A DNA stretch of 64,000 bases from Planctomycetota bacterium (GTDB lineage Bacteria > Planctomycetota > PLA2 > JAEUHO01): NCBI GenBank assembly GCA_965223505.1, contig CBDCWP010000034.1:1-64000 (forward strand), read 5' to 3'. This document shows positions 48,390 through 57,399 of this stretch, piece by piece (the first letter of the stretch is position 1; each line of letters starts with the position of its first letter). Made by a program: the position numbers and the translations under genes. The notes beneath the pieces are model-generated. The model saw only the letters and a list, made by a program, of their open reading frames with translations, did no database searches and was not told the origin of the DNA.

Positions 48390-49291
48390 TCAGCGGCCTT
48401 CGACGCGAGCGGGCGATCGCTGCGGCCGCGGGGAACGGTGCGCCTTCGCACCCGCCCCGCGAGCGGCCGGCAACGGATCGAGCAGCGACTCGTCGACGAA
48501 CGCGATGCGAATCAACGCCCCGAACAGCCACGCCCCGGCCGCGCGTGACAGGACGCGCTTGGTTAGGAAGGCGAAGAACCTGTACTGCCAGCCGGCGACG
48601 ACGGAAGGCCGGCGTCCCAGATGCCGCAGGCCCGTTCGAGCGACACGATCCGGCCGCAGCTGGAACATGCCCACGCGACGGAAGTCGATCGCCTTTCGCA
48701 AGCGGCCACCATGGGCGTCTTCGTCAACCCGGGCGACAAGCACAGGACGTCGACGCCGTGGGGCCGCAGCTCGTAGTAGAGGGCCTCCGCCAGATGGACC
48801 TGGTGGGCCTTGCCGGCTGCGTAGTTGGCCAGGTGCGGCACGCCCTGGTAGCCGATGCTCCCCGAGACGAACAGGACTCCACCGCGCCCGCGCTCGGCGA
48901 AACGTCGCCCGAACCGCTGAGCCAGCTCCGTCGGCGCCGTGACGTTCAACTCGATGACGTCGCGAAGCTCTGCAGGCGTGTGTCGTACGAATGCGCCGCG
49001 CTGCTCGGCGGCCGCGTTGTTGATCAAGAGGCCGACATCGAGGCTCCGGGTCTCGAGGTCGAGGGCTTCTCGGGCGTCCGACCGCTTCAGGTCGAGCGCG
49101 ACAACGCGCGTCTGCACGCCGAATTCGCGGCGAAGCTCGCTCGCAACGCCGTGCAGCGTCGTCTCCGAGCGCGACACCAGCACGACGTTCATCTTCGCCT
49201 GCGCCAGCATCCGCGCGAAGCTCTTGCCGATTCCGGACGAGGCGCCGGTCACGACGGCCCAGCTTCCGTACTTCTCGGTGAGTGATTGCAT
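48390..49291 (-). CDS. Short-chain dehydrogenase/reductase with an apparent single-base-deletion frameshift near 48705
   Basis: VVTGASSGIG, LINNA, YAAGK, SPGLTKT; C-terminus PDRVARTGLRHLGRRPSVVAG continues in another frame. Confidence 0.85.
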
Positions 49292-49626
49292 CTCGAGTCT
49301 CCTGATTGCGTGCATGCCTCGAAGCGGCGTGAGCTGTGGCCGAAGGCAGGCGGGTGTCGGTCTCGACCTGATGGGCGTGAGGAGCGTCCTCACGATGTGA
49401 GGCGAGCGGTCGCTTCGTCTCGCGAACTCACCGTCGATGACCGGTGTTGCGACGGGCGTGGAGGGGTCGAGTGGACGCGGGACCCGGCGGCGTCCTCCGC
49501 GCTTCGCGGATCGGCTATCCTGCCGTCGTGGATGCCGAGAGACTGCGGTGCATCCTGGACCTCGTGTGAACACCAACGAACCCGAGCTGGAAGCGCTACT
49601 CGACGAGCCAGAGGAAGGAGCCCGAC

Positions 49627-51015
49627 ATGACGACGATCGCCCGCCTGGCAGAGCAGGAGCTAGGAGGATCGCTGCGCGGCGCGGTCTTGACACCCGACGG
49701 CCGTGGCTATGAGGCCGCCCGCTTGGTATGGAACGCAATGATCGACCGGCGCCCGGCTGCGATCGCCACCTGCGTGGGCACGGCGGACGTCATGGCCTGT
49801 ATGCGGCTCGTCACCAAGCATGACCTGCCCTTCACGATCCGTGGCGGCGGGCACAACATCGCCGGATTGGCCGTGCAAGACGACGCCCTGATGATCGACC
49901 TGTCGAACATGCGCGGCGCCTGGGTCGATCGTTCCCAACAGACCGTCAATGCGCAGCCCGGCGCCACCCTCGGTGACATCGATCGGGAGACCCAGCTGTA
50001 CGGACTGGCCGCCGTACTGGGGTTCGTCTCCAACACGGGTGCGACGGGGCTGACGCTCGGCGGCGGCCTGGGGTACCTGACACGCCGCTATGGTTGGACC
50101 TGCGACAACGTGCGCTCGTTCGACATGGTGACGGCCGAGGGCGACCTCGTTCGCGCCAGCGCGGAGGAGAACGCGGATCTGTTCTGGGCGCTCCGTGGCG
50201 GGGGCGGAAACTTCGGCGTGGTGACCAACACGGAGCACAGGCTCTACCCGGTCGGCCCCGAGATCACGGGCGGGATGATCGCATGGCGCTTGGAAGACGT
50301 TTCCGCCGTCCTCGACTGTTACCGGGACGTCGTCGCGACGGCCCCGCCCGAGCTGACCTGCGCGTGCATGATCCGACGTGCGCCGCCGGCCCCGTGGTTG
50401 CCGACCGAGATGCACGGCGAGCTGATCGCCGGGCTGCTGGTCTGTCACACCGGGACCGAGGAGCAGGCAGCGCGGGACCTGGAGCGGATCAAGCAGCTCG
50501 GAGAGCCTGTCGGAGACGTGGTCCGGCGCTGTTCGTACGAGCAGCAACAGAGCATATTGGACAGTGGCCAGCCGAACGGGCGCCGCTACTACTGGAAGTC
50601 CGAGTATCTGTCGGGGCTCGAGCCCGAAGCGCTCGAGGTGTACCGCAGTCACGGCGAGCGGGTGACCTCGCCTCATAGTGCGGCGATCTTGTTCCCCGTC
50701 GACGGCGCGCTCAACGACCTGCCCGACGACCACTCCCCCATGGGGAATCGCGACGCCAAGCTGGTCCTCAACCTGACGGCTTCCTGGGAGGACCCGGCCG
50801 AGGACGCGAGCCACATCGACTGGGCTCGCAACGCGTGGGAGGACATGCGTCCGTTCTCGACGGGCGGAACCTACATCAACTTCCTCAATGAAGAGGACGG
50901 CGAGGACCGCATTCGGGCCGCGTACGGAAGCAACTACGACCGTTTGGCCGAGGTCAAGAGCCGTTGGGATCCCGGCAACCTGTTCAAGGCCAACAAGAAC
51001 ATCGCCCCGGCGTGA
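49627..51015 (+). CDS. FAD-binding oxidoreductase, berberine-bridge-enzyme family
   Basis: RGGGHN, TLGGGLG, LFWALRGGGGNFGVVT, YINF, KSRWDPGNLF. Confidence 0.93.
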   Translation: MTTIARLAEQELGGSLRGAVLTPDGRGYEAARLVWNAMIDRRPAAIATCVGTADVMACMRLVTKHDLPFTIRGGGHNIAGLAVQDDALMIDLSNMRGAWVDRSQQTVNAQPGATLGDIDRETQLYGLAAVLGFVSNTGATGLTLGGGLGYLTRRYGWTCDNVRSFDMVTAEGDLVRASAEENADLFWALRGGGGNFGVVTNTEHRLYPVGPEITGGMIAWRLEDVSAVLDCYRDVVATAPPELTCACMIRRAPPAPWLPTEMHGELIAGLLVCHTGTEEQAARDLERIKQLGEPVGDVVRRCSYEQQQSILDSGQPNGRRYYWKSEYLSGLEPEALEVYRSHGERVTSPHSAAILFPVDGALNDLPDDHSPMGNRDAKLVLNLTASWEDPAEDASHIDWARNAWEDMRPFSTGGTYINFLNEEDGEDRIRAAYGSNYDRLAEVKSRWDPGNLFKANKNIAPA

Positions 51016-51165
51016 GAACCCGGCAGTATGAAGCGGCTGCCGTGCCCGGCGCTCCTGACGCAAGCTCGACGCTCGGAATCAGCGGGTCGGTCGCCATCGG
51101 CGTCGCCTCGGGCTCGGCGACGTTCTCCGACGTCGGTGTGGACGCTTCGAAAACGTGCTTCGACG

Positions 51166-51891
51166 CTACGCGTCCTTGAACTTGCGCTTGTAGCGTGCCG
51201 TGACGATGAAGATCGCCGGCACGCCGATCGCCGTCGGCAGCAACCACGGCACCAACATCGACGCGCCCTCGAGCCGGATCTCCAACAGGCTCGACACGAA
51301 CACCGCTCCCGCCGTGTGCGCCGCGATCCCGCCCGCGATCATCGAAGCCAAGTGCTCGTAGAACCAACGACGGGGCGGCGACTTCGGGGCGCCGACGTAC
51401 CTGCTCGCGGAGATCGTGAGGAAGACGCCGATGGGACTCAAGGCCAACAACAGCGTGCGAAGACCGGTCTGTAGCTTGAGCGCGGTCACGACATCGACGA
51501 TCGCGAACAACATCGGCAGGAACAGGAACGCGCGATACCAACCCGCTCGGAGTACGCCCGGATCGCGCCGCGTCCGCGCCACGCGCCAGCCGTGCACCAC
51601 CGGGACGAGCGTGATCGACCCGAGGTAGAGCAAGAAGACGGCGCCGGCGAGCTGATTCACCGGATCCGTGTTCGCGCCGCCGTCCGTGAACGCGGACCGC
51701 CAACGAACGACCCGCATGCCGGCCATCACCATGCCCGTCATCGCGGCGAAGATCATCCCGGCGCAGAAGCCGCGGCCGAATCCCACGTGGATCCTGCCGC
51801 CCTTCTTCGAGAGCATCGCCGTCCAGAACGCCGGCACACATGCCAGCGCCACCGGTATGTGGACGCTCCTGATGATCTCGTAGACGGTCAC
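51166..51891 (-). CDS. DUF2306-like membrane protein
   Basis: VHI..KKGGRIH..GR, WFYEHLASM..IAAHTA, WLLP. Confidence 0.7.
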   Translation of the reverse strand: MTVYEIIRSVHIPVALACVPAFWTAMLSKKGGRIHVGFGRGFCAGMIFAAMTGMVMAGMRVVRWRSAFTDGGANTDPVNQLAGAVFLLYLGSITLVPVVHGWRVARTRRDPGVLRAGWYRAFLFLPMLFAIVDVVTALKLQTGLRTLLLALSPIGVFLTISASRYVGAPKSPPRRWFYEHLASMIAGGIAAHTAGAVFVSSLLEIRLEGASMLVPWLLPTAIGVPAIFIVTARYKRKFKDA

Positions 51892-51940
51892 CTGCCCTCC
51901 CGCCGCAAAGCGTACTCGGCGGCAGGCGGTTGCGCTTTGC

Positions 51941-53419
51941 TCAGCGACCCTCACCGGCATCGCGGCGCGGATTCTCCGAGAGGGCGTCGCAGACTTCCTC
52001 GGGCCGTCGCCGATGGAACCACCACATCGGCAGCCCCAGCGTCAGGACGGCTTCCAACACGCGTGCCTTCGCCACGCCCGTGAAGAAGAGCATCAGCGAC
52101 ATCGACAGCCAAACGCTCAGTCGCCGCAGCCGATGCCCCGGCGAGAGGAGGAACACCGCGGGAAAGAACATCCCCAGATACCAGGGATGAAACGCCGCGC
52201 TCGCCACGCACAGCAACACGAACAGCGCCGTCAGCACGTCCTCGAGGAACGCACGCGCGTCGTATCGGGCTCGACGCGACGCCTTCACGATCAGGGTCGC
52301 GAAGAAGCCGAGATAGCCGAGCATGAACAGTGCCCTCAGCGACAAGGTGACCGACCCCGCGCTCGGCCCGAGCGTCGGCACGGCGCGTGCCAGCGCGGCC
52401 CACGCATAGCTGAGTGCCGCCTGGAACGAGTTCCAGGGGGTCGTCAACGTGTCTCCGATCTCCAACCATCGAATGTCCTGCCAGTCGCGCAGGTAGGGGA
52501 TGGAGATCATCGCCGCCATCGCCACCGCCAGACCGAAGCTCGCCGCAGTCCGCCTGCCTCCGTGCTTGCGGAGCAGGTGAATCGCGGCGAACGGGAGCGC
52601 GACTGCCGCAACGTGCTTGATCAGGACGCCCGCCGTGAGCATCGGAACGACCCACATCCACTGTCCGTGCAGTGCCGCGCGGAACGACAGCACCACGAAC
52701 AACGCCATCCATAGGTCGTTGTGCCCATTGGCAACGAAGTGGAGCACGATCAACGGACTCCACGTGAACGCGTAGACCGCGAGGTCGGGCCGGGCGAGAT
52801 CCAGCTGGCGACTCGTCGTCCAGATCAGGCGGCCGAGCAGCAGGATCAGCGCGACGTTGAGCAGCTTGAAGAGCAGCAACGTCGCCTGCGGGTCGCCTGC
52901 GCCCGCCCAAGCGACCGCCCGCGTGAGGTGTGCGAACAGGAACCCGTACGAACACGGCGTCTCGGACCAGCGCGCGTCCAGCATCGCGTCGTCCTGAAAC
53001 TCGGTAACGTCAGCCGGCACGCTCGCGTACGGATTGAGCCCGTACTCGTGTTGGATCCACCCGCAGTTGACGTAGGCGTAGATGTCCGACGACTGAAAGG
53101 CCGGCGCCGGCAACGCAGCGGCCGCGATGACAAGCGCGCCGAGCCCGATGAAGCGGCCGCGTCCCCGATCGAGTGTGCGAAGCTGCCGGTGCCCTTGCCA
53201 GTAGAGAAACACCAGGACCATCACGCCCAGCCAAGAGAACAAGTGCCGCTCGAGGCGAGCGGTGCGACCTGGATAGAGGAACGCCCACGCCGCGTAGACC
53301 GTCGCGGTGTAAATCAGCAGGCGCAGATGCCCCGCGCGATCGGCGCTCAGCCCGACGCGATCGGCGAACAGCCCGATCCGGTCGACGATCCGCACGGCAG
53401 GCGGACCTCCCTCCCTCAC
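51941..53419 (-). CDS. GT-C membrane glycosyltransferase (MptB-like alpha-1,6-mannosyltransferase family)
   Basis: SSDIYAY, NPY, YGFLF, WSPL..NGHND, LIK, HPWY. Confidence 0.8.
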   Translation of the reverse strand: MREGGPPAVRIVDRIGLFADRVGLSADRAGHLRLLIYTATVYAAWAFLYPGRTARLERHLFSWLGVMVLVFLYWQGHRQLRTLDRGRGRFIGLGALVIAAAALPAPAFQSSDIYAYVNCGWIQHEYGLNPYASVPADVTEFQDDAMLDARWSETPCSYGFLFAHLTRAVAWAGAGDPQATLLLFKLLNVALILLLGRLIWTTSRQLDLARPDLAVYAFTWSPLIVLHFVANGHNDLWMALFVVLSFRAALHGQWMWVVPMLTAGVLIKHVAAVALPFAAIHLLRKHGGRRTAASFGLAVAMAAMISIPYLRDWQDIRWLEIGDTLTTPWNSFQAALSYAWAALARAVPTLGPSAGSVTLSLRALFMLGYLGFFATLIVKASRRARYDARAFLEDVLTALFVLLCVASAAFHPWYLGMFFPAVFLLSPGHRLRRLSVWLSMSLMLFFTGVAKARVLEAVLTLGLPMWWFHRRRPEEVCDALSENPRRDAGEGR

Positions 53420-53566
53420 CGGTCCCGCTCCGGCTCGTGCCCGTCCGCTAGAAACGCTCGTCGGGTCCCCGCGCGACCGCGCGCCGGCCGCGAAGGTCCT
53501 GGTCCGTCGGTCCCGAAGCGGCGTCTGCCGCGTCCGACGCCGTTCGCCCGGCAGGTCGGAAAGGAG

Positions 53567-53602
53567 TTGACAGATTCACACCGACAAGTATTTTTGTCGG
53601 TG
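53567..53602 (+). promoter_or_regulatory. Promoter TTGACA-N16-TATTTT overlapped by operator CACCGACAA-N6-TTGTCGGTG
   Basis: Perfect 9-bp dyad (53579-53602) upstream of the SRPBCC-HTH operon. Confidence 0.7.
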
Positions 53603-53635
53603 AACGCTAGACACTGTCTCGGGAAGGACCCCGCC

Positions 53636-54469
53636 ATGAACGCCCCTGAATCCGATGCCCGCCCGCCTTTCGAGACCCAGATCGAGATCGACGCGCCCCG
53701 CGACGCCGTTTGGGAGGCCGTCGCCACCGACGCGGGCCTGCGTCGCTGGTTCGCCCCGGACACGTCGGTCGATCCGCGTGTCGGCGGCGAGATGCTTCTG
53801 AAGTGGGGGGAGTTCCACGTCTGGAAGCAGACGATCGTGGCGTACGAACCCGGGACCTACCTCAAGACGCGTTACGACTCGGGTGTCGATGACGGCGAGG
53901 GCGGGCAGCGCCCGCTCTTCGTCGAGTTCGAGCTCTCCGGCGAAGGCGGCAAGACGACCCTTCGGCTCGTTCAGTCCGGCTTCGGCCCCGAGTCCGACTT
54001 CGACGAGGAATACGACGCGATCAGCAGCGGCTGGCCCGTCGAGCTGCGCAACCTCAAGCTCACGCTCGAACGCCACCGGGGCGTGGACCGTCAGATCGCC
54101 AAGGTCGTCGCGCGGCTCTCCGTCGCCCCGGACGAGGCGTGGCGGCTGTTGCGCAGCGACGAGGGGCTGGGGTGCGGCAACCTGTCGCACCTCGAAGAGG
54201 GTGCGCCGTTCCGTTTCGTCACGTCCGAAGGCGACGAGTTCGAGGGCGAGGCCTTTCGCGGCGGCCCGCGCGAGATCGCCGGCATCGATCGCGTGCGCGG
54301 CGACGCCTTCGTGCGCTTCTCCGTCGAGACCATGGGCGGGCCGCACGCCTGGCTCTGGGTCGCCGGCTACGGTCGGCCGCAGGAGGAGATGGACACGCTC
54401 CAGGCGCATCTCGAAGCGATCGTCGATCGACTCGGCATCGCCCGCGCGGCGTCCCAGGAGGCCAAGTGA
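53636..54469 (+). CDS. Tandem SRPBCC/AHSA1 domain protein
   Basis: IEIDAPRDAVWEA..LRRWF, TTLRLVQSGF, SGW; second degenerate copy follows. Confidence 0.85.
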   Translation: MNAPESDARPPFETQIEIDAPRDAVWEAVATDAGLRRWFAPDTSVDPRVGGEMLLKWGEFHVWKQTIVAYEPGTYLKTRYDSGVDDGEGGQRPLFVEFELSGEGGKTTLRLVQSGFGPESDFDEEYDAISSGWPVELRNLKLTLERHRGVDRQIAKVVARLSVAPDEAWRLLRSDEGLGCGNLSHLEEGAPFRFVTSEGDEFEGEAFRGGPREIAGIDRVRGDAFVRFSVETMGGPHAWLWVAGYGRPQEEMDTLQAHLEAIVDRLGIARAASQEAK

Positions 54470-55098
54470 CCATCGCCGTCGACGTCGTCGAGGAAACCGA
54501 GCGCGCGAAGGTGTTGCTGGACCCTGTGCGGCTCGCGCTGCTCGAACACCTCGAGGAACCCGGCTCGGCCGCCGCGGTAGCGCGCCGCGTCGGGCTGCCG
54601 CGTCAACGCGTCAACTACCACCTACGCGAGCTCGAGAGCCAAGGGTTGATCGAGCTCGTCGAGGAGAAGCAAAAGGGCAGCGTCGTGGAGCGGGTCTACG
54701 GGCGGACGGGGCAGGCCTACATGATCTCCCCGTCCGCGCTCGGGTCGCTGGGGACGCGTCCCGAGGACGTCGTCGACCGGTTCTCGTCGGCGTATCAGAT
54801 CGCGCTCGCCTCGCAGGCGATTCGCGATCTCGGATCGGCCCAGGTCGCGGCCCGCGCCGCCGGCAAGAAGCTGCCGACGTTCGCGCTGGAAGTGGACGTT
54901 CGTTTCGCCTCGGCGGCCAAGCGCAACGCCTTTGCCGGGGAGCTCTCCCACGCCATCGCGTGCCTCGTCGAGAAGCACCACGACGAGCGCGCCAAGGGCG
55001 GCCGCAACTTCAGGTTCTATCTGGGCGCATATCCCCGTCGCCGGCCGACAGGGCTCACTGGAGATCGCCGCGGATCGCGGCAACGACCAGCACGATGA
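54466..55098 (+). CDS. ArsR-like winged-helix transcriptional regulator
   Basis: LLDPVRLALLEHL..SAAAVARRVGLPRQRVNYHLRELESQGLI; GTGA overlap with the upstream gene. Confidence 0.88.
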   Translation: MTIAVDVVEETERAKVLLDPVRLALLEHLEEPGSAAAVARRVGLPRQRVNYHLRELESQGLIELVEEKQKGSVVERVYGRTGQAYMISPSALGSLGTRPEDVVDRFSSAYQIALASQAIRDLGSAQVAARAAGKKLPTFALEVDVRFASAAKRNAFAGELSHAIACLVEKHHDERAKGGRNFRFYLGAYPRRRPTGLTGDRRGSRQRPAR

Positions 55099-55648
55099 TG
55101 AGCGCAACGAGCACAATCGTCGCAACAGCGCTCGTCCACCATGAGAGGTCCCGTACGGTTTCACGCTTCGGCCGAAGGCGCGATCGGCGCTTGGCGCGAA
55201 TTCTCCGGACCCTAGCTCGGCCGTCCTCCCTCGCGAGCTCATCGAACGCGTTGGGGTACACCACACTCAAGGGGATACTGTTGCCGGCGCAGAAGAGGAG
55301 CCACAGCATCGACGCGCCCGCCCACTCCCCTCCACTGGCTGGCATTGCCGCCAGCGTCCAAATCGTCCAGGCAAGCGAACCAATCAGCAGCGAGCCCCAG
55401 TAGGTCGCGCACCACTTTCTGCGCTTCACGTAGATCCCCACTGCGATCCAGCCGGGGCCCGTGAAGAAGACCGCGGCTGCGACGACGGTCTCCGGCAACG
55501 TCGCCCACCTCTCATCCGACATCGCCTTGAGCCCTGCGAGAACGACGATCGCTCCGTAGGTCACCACCAGAGGGCGCCAACGTGACGGCGCACGGGGGAG
55601 GTATCTTCCGCAGGCTCCCGGACGTGTCGCCGCTGTCATTCGAGGCAT
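55055..55648 (-). CDS. Hypothetical membrane protein
   Basis: About five hydrophobic helices; start uncertain. Confidence 0.5.
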   Translation of the reverse strand: MPRMTAATRPGACGRYLPRAPSRWRPLVVTYGAIVVLAGLKAMSDERWATLPETVVAAAVFFTGPGWIAVGIYVKRRKWCATYWGSLLIGSLAWTIWTLAAMPASGGEWAGASMLWLLFCAGNSIPLSVVYPNAFDELAREDGRARVRRIRAKRRSRLRPKRETVRDLSWWTSAVATIVLVALIIVLVVAAIRGDLQ

Positions 55649-55718
55649 CGGATCGCGGTCGCGCCTCCTTCATGCATGTTCTACGTGCATATTCTACGAC
55701 AACTCGTAGCGACTCTTG

Positions 55719-56396
55719 CTACCGCAGCGTCTCCTCCCACCAACCCCAAAGCTCCGCGTCTTGCTTCATGCGGGACGACCGCAGCAGCCGCTTCGTCACC
55801 AGCGCGCACACCGTCAGTCCGACGCCCAGCCCCAGCGCCAACGGCCAACCGTTCGTGAATCCCAGCGATGCGCAGAGCAATGCAAAGACGACCCAGCGCA
55901 CGGGTGACCGCCGCGAAACCTCGCGCTTCCACTCGTCCACGAACAGGTTCTTCTGCTTCAGTCTCCGCCGCGAACGCCACCAGATCGCCAACGGAAACAG
56001 CGACATCACCACGATCATGATCACCGCGCCCTGAATGCGCTCCGACATGCCGTGCCGGGGGTGGGGGACGAACAACATGAACAACGCACCCGCCAACGCG
56101 AAGACGAGCACACCCACGCACAGCCCGACGAACCGCCGCCGCTCGAGCACCTTCGACGCCTCGTCTCGAAGCTGCTCCTCGAAACGCGCCACCATGGCCG
56201 CACGATCCGGCACCGGTGCATTCGTCTTCAGGCCGCCCAACAGCTCCTTCATGGCTTCCGTTCCCTCCACGTAGGCGTCGCCCTCCGGCGTTTCGAGAAA
56301 CGCCGCGACCGACGCTCGTTCGTCGACCGTCAACGGCTGCCCCGTCGTCATCTTCAGATAGGCCTCCTTCGAGGCACGCAGTCCGTTCGTACTCAT
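55719..56396 (-). CDS. Putative membrane anti-sigma factor
   Basis: ATGA overlap with the ECF sigma gene; soluble N-terminus then four TM segments. Confidence 0.65.
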   Translation of the reverse strand: MSTNGLRASKEAYLKMTTGQPLTVDERASVAAFLETPEGDAYVEGTEAMKELLGGLKTNAPVPDRAAMVARFEEQLRDEASKVLERRRFVGLCVGVLVFALAGALFMLFVPHPRHGMSERIQGAVIMIVVMSLFPLAIWWRSRRRLKQKNLFVDEWKREVSRRSPVRWVVFALLCASLGFTNGWPLALGLGVGLTVCALVTKRLLRSSRMKQDAELWGWWEETLR

Positions 56397-56911
56397 GCTT
56401 CCAGCTCCAGCCGTCGGGCGCGCAGCTTGTCCTCCAACGCCGCACGCGCGTGATACAGCCGCGACCACAGCGTTCCCTCCGAGCACTGCAACACGTCGCT
56501 CACCTCGCGACCGCCCAACCCCTCCAAGTAGAACAACACGAGTACCGCGCGGTGCGCCGGCGCGATCGCGCGGATTGCCGCGCGCACCTGTGCGGTTCGC
56601 TCCGTGGCCTCCGCGGATGACGGCTCGCAAGCCGCTTCGAGTCCCGGGTCGTCCAGCGGTTGCGCCGCGTGCCTGCGCGTTCTCGTCACGAACTTCCTGC
56701 ACGCGTTCACCGCGATTCGGAACAACCACGTCCTTACGGACGATCGACCCTCGAAGCGCGGCCACGCCCGGTAGGCCTGGAAGAACGTCTGTTGCGCCAC
56801 CTCCTCGCCGTCTTCGTCCGACGCGAGGATGCTGCGGCAAAGTCCACACACGGCTTCCCAGTGCTCGTTCATGACGGTTTCGAAGGACGGACGCTCACCC
56901 ATGGCACTCAT
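56393..56911 (-). CDS. ECF RNA polymerase sigma factor
   Basis: EEVAQQTFFQAY..FEGRSSVRTWLFRIAVNAC; EVSDVLQCSEGTLWSRLYHARAAL. Confidence 0.92.
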   Translation of the reverse strand: MSAMGERPSFETVMNEHWEAVCGLCRSILASDEDGEEVAQQTFFQAYRAWPRFEGRSSVRTWLFRIAVNACRKFVTRTRRHAAQPLDDPGLEAACEPSSAEATERTAQVRAAIRAIAPAHRAVLVLFYLEGLGGREVSDVLQCSEGTLWSRLYHARAALEDKLRARRLELEA

Positions 56912-57399
56912 TAGATCCGCCGCGAGCACGCGACCTTGAATCGGATTTTCGCCGTTGCGGAAGGGGCTTTGGACACGCGACGAACGTCTGCAACAAATCC
57001 GCACACCGAGGCAAGCCGCTCCCGCACGACGTTCCCAGTGCGGGTGCCCCGCGGTTGCTCAAACGCGTAATTGACCGTCCTGCTCGAATCCTCCTTTGTC
57101 CACCCGGCTGGTTCCCGCAGGCGCCCATCTCCCCGAGCGAATTCGCGCAGGTCTTTCGGCTCGGGGAATTCGACCCTGTGCGCGCGCAGAAGGCCGGTTC
57201 GAAAACGCCATCGCGACGTATCCACCAATGACCCGTGGTCGCGGGTGTCCGGGTGGGGGCTCCCGGGCGACGAGCTGGACTTTCATTGAATCGGAGGAGG
57301 CCGACGAGACGCAGGTCGCTGGTGGGGCGGCGTCTGCTTCGAGGCCGACTTCTCGTTTGCCCCATGGCCGACTTGTGCGGTGTGGGGCTGGAGTACCCC

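Noticed and set aside
57325..57370. c-di-GMP-I riboswitch on the minus strand (GGGCAAAC..GACGC)
   Set aside because: Lacks the GNRA-capped stem and the GCAAAG/tetraloop-receptor arrangement
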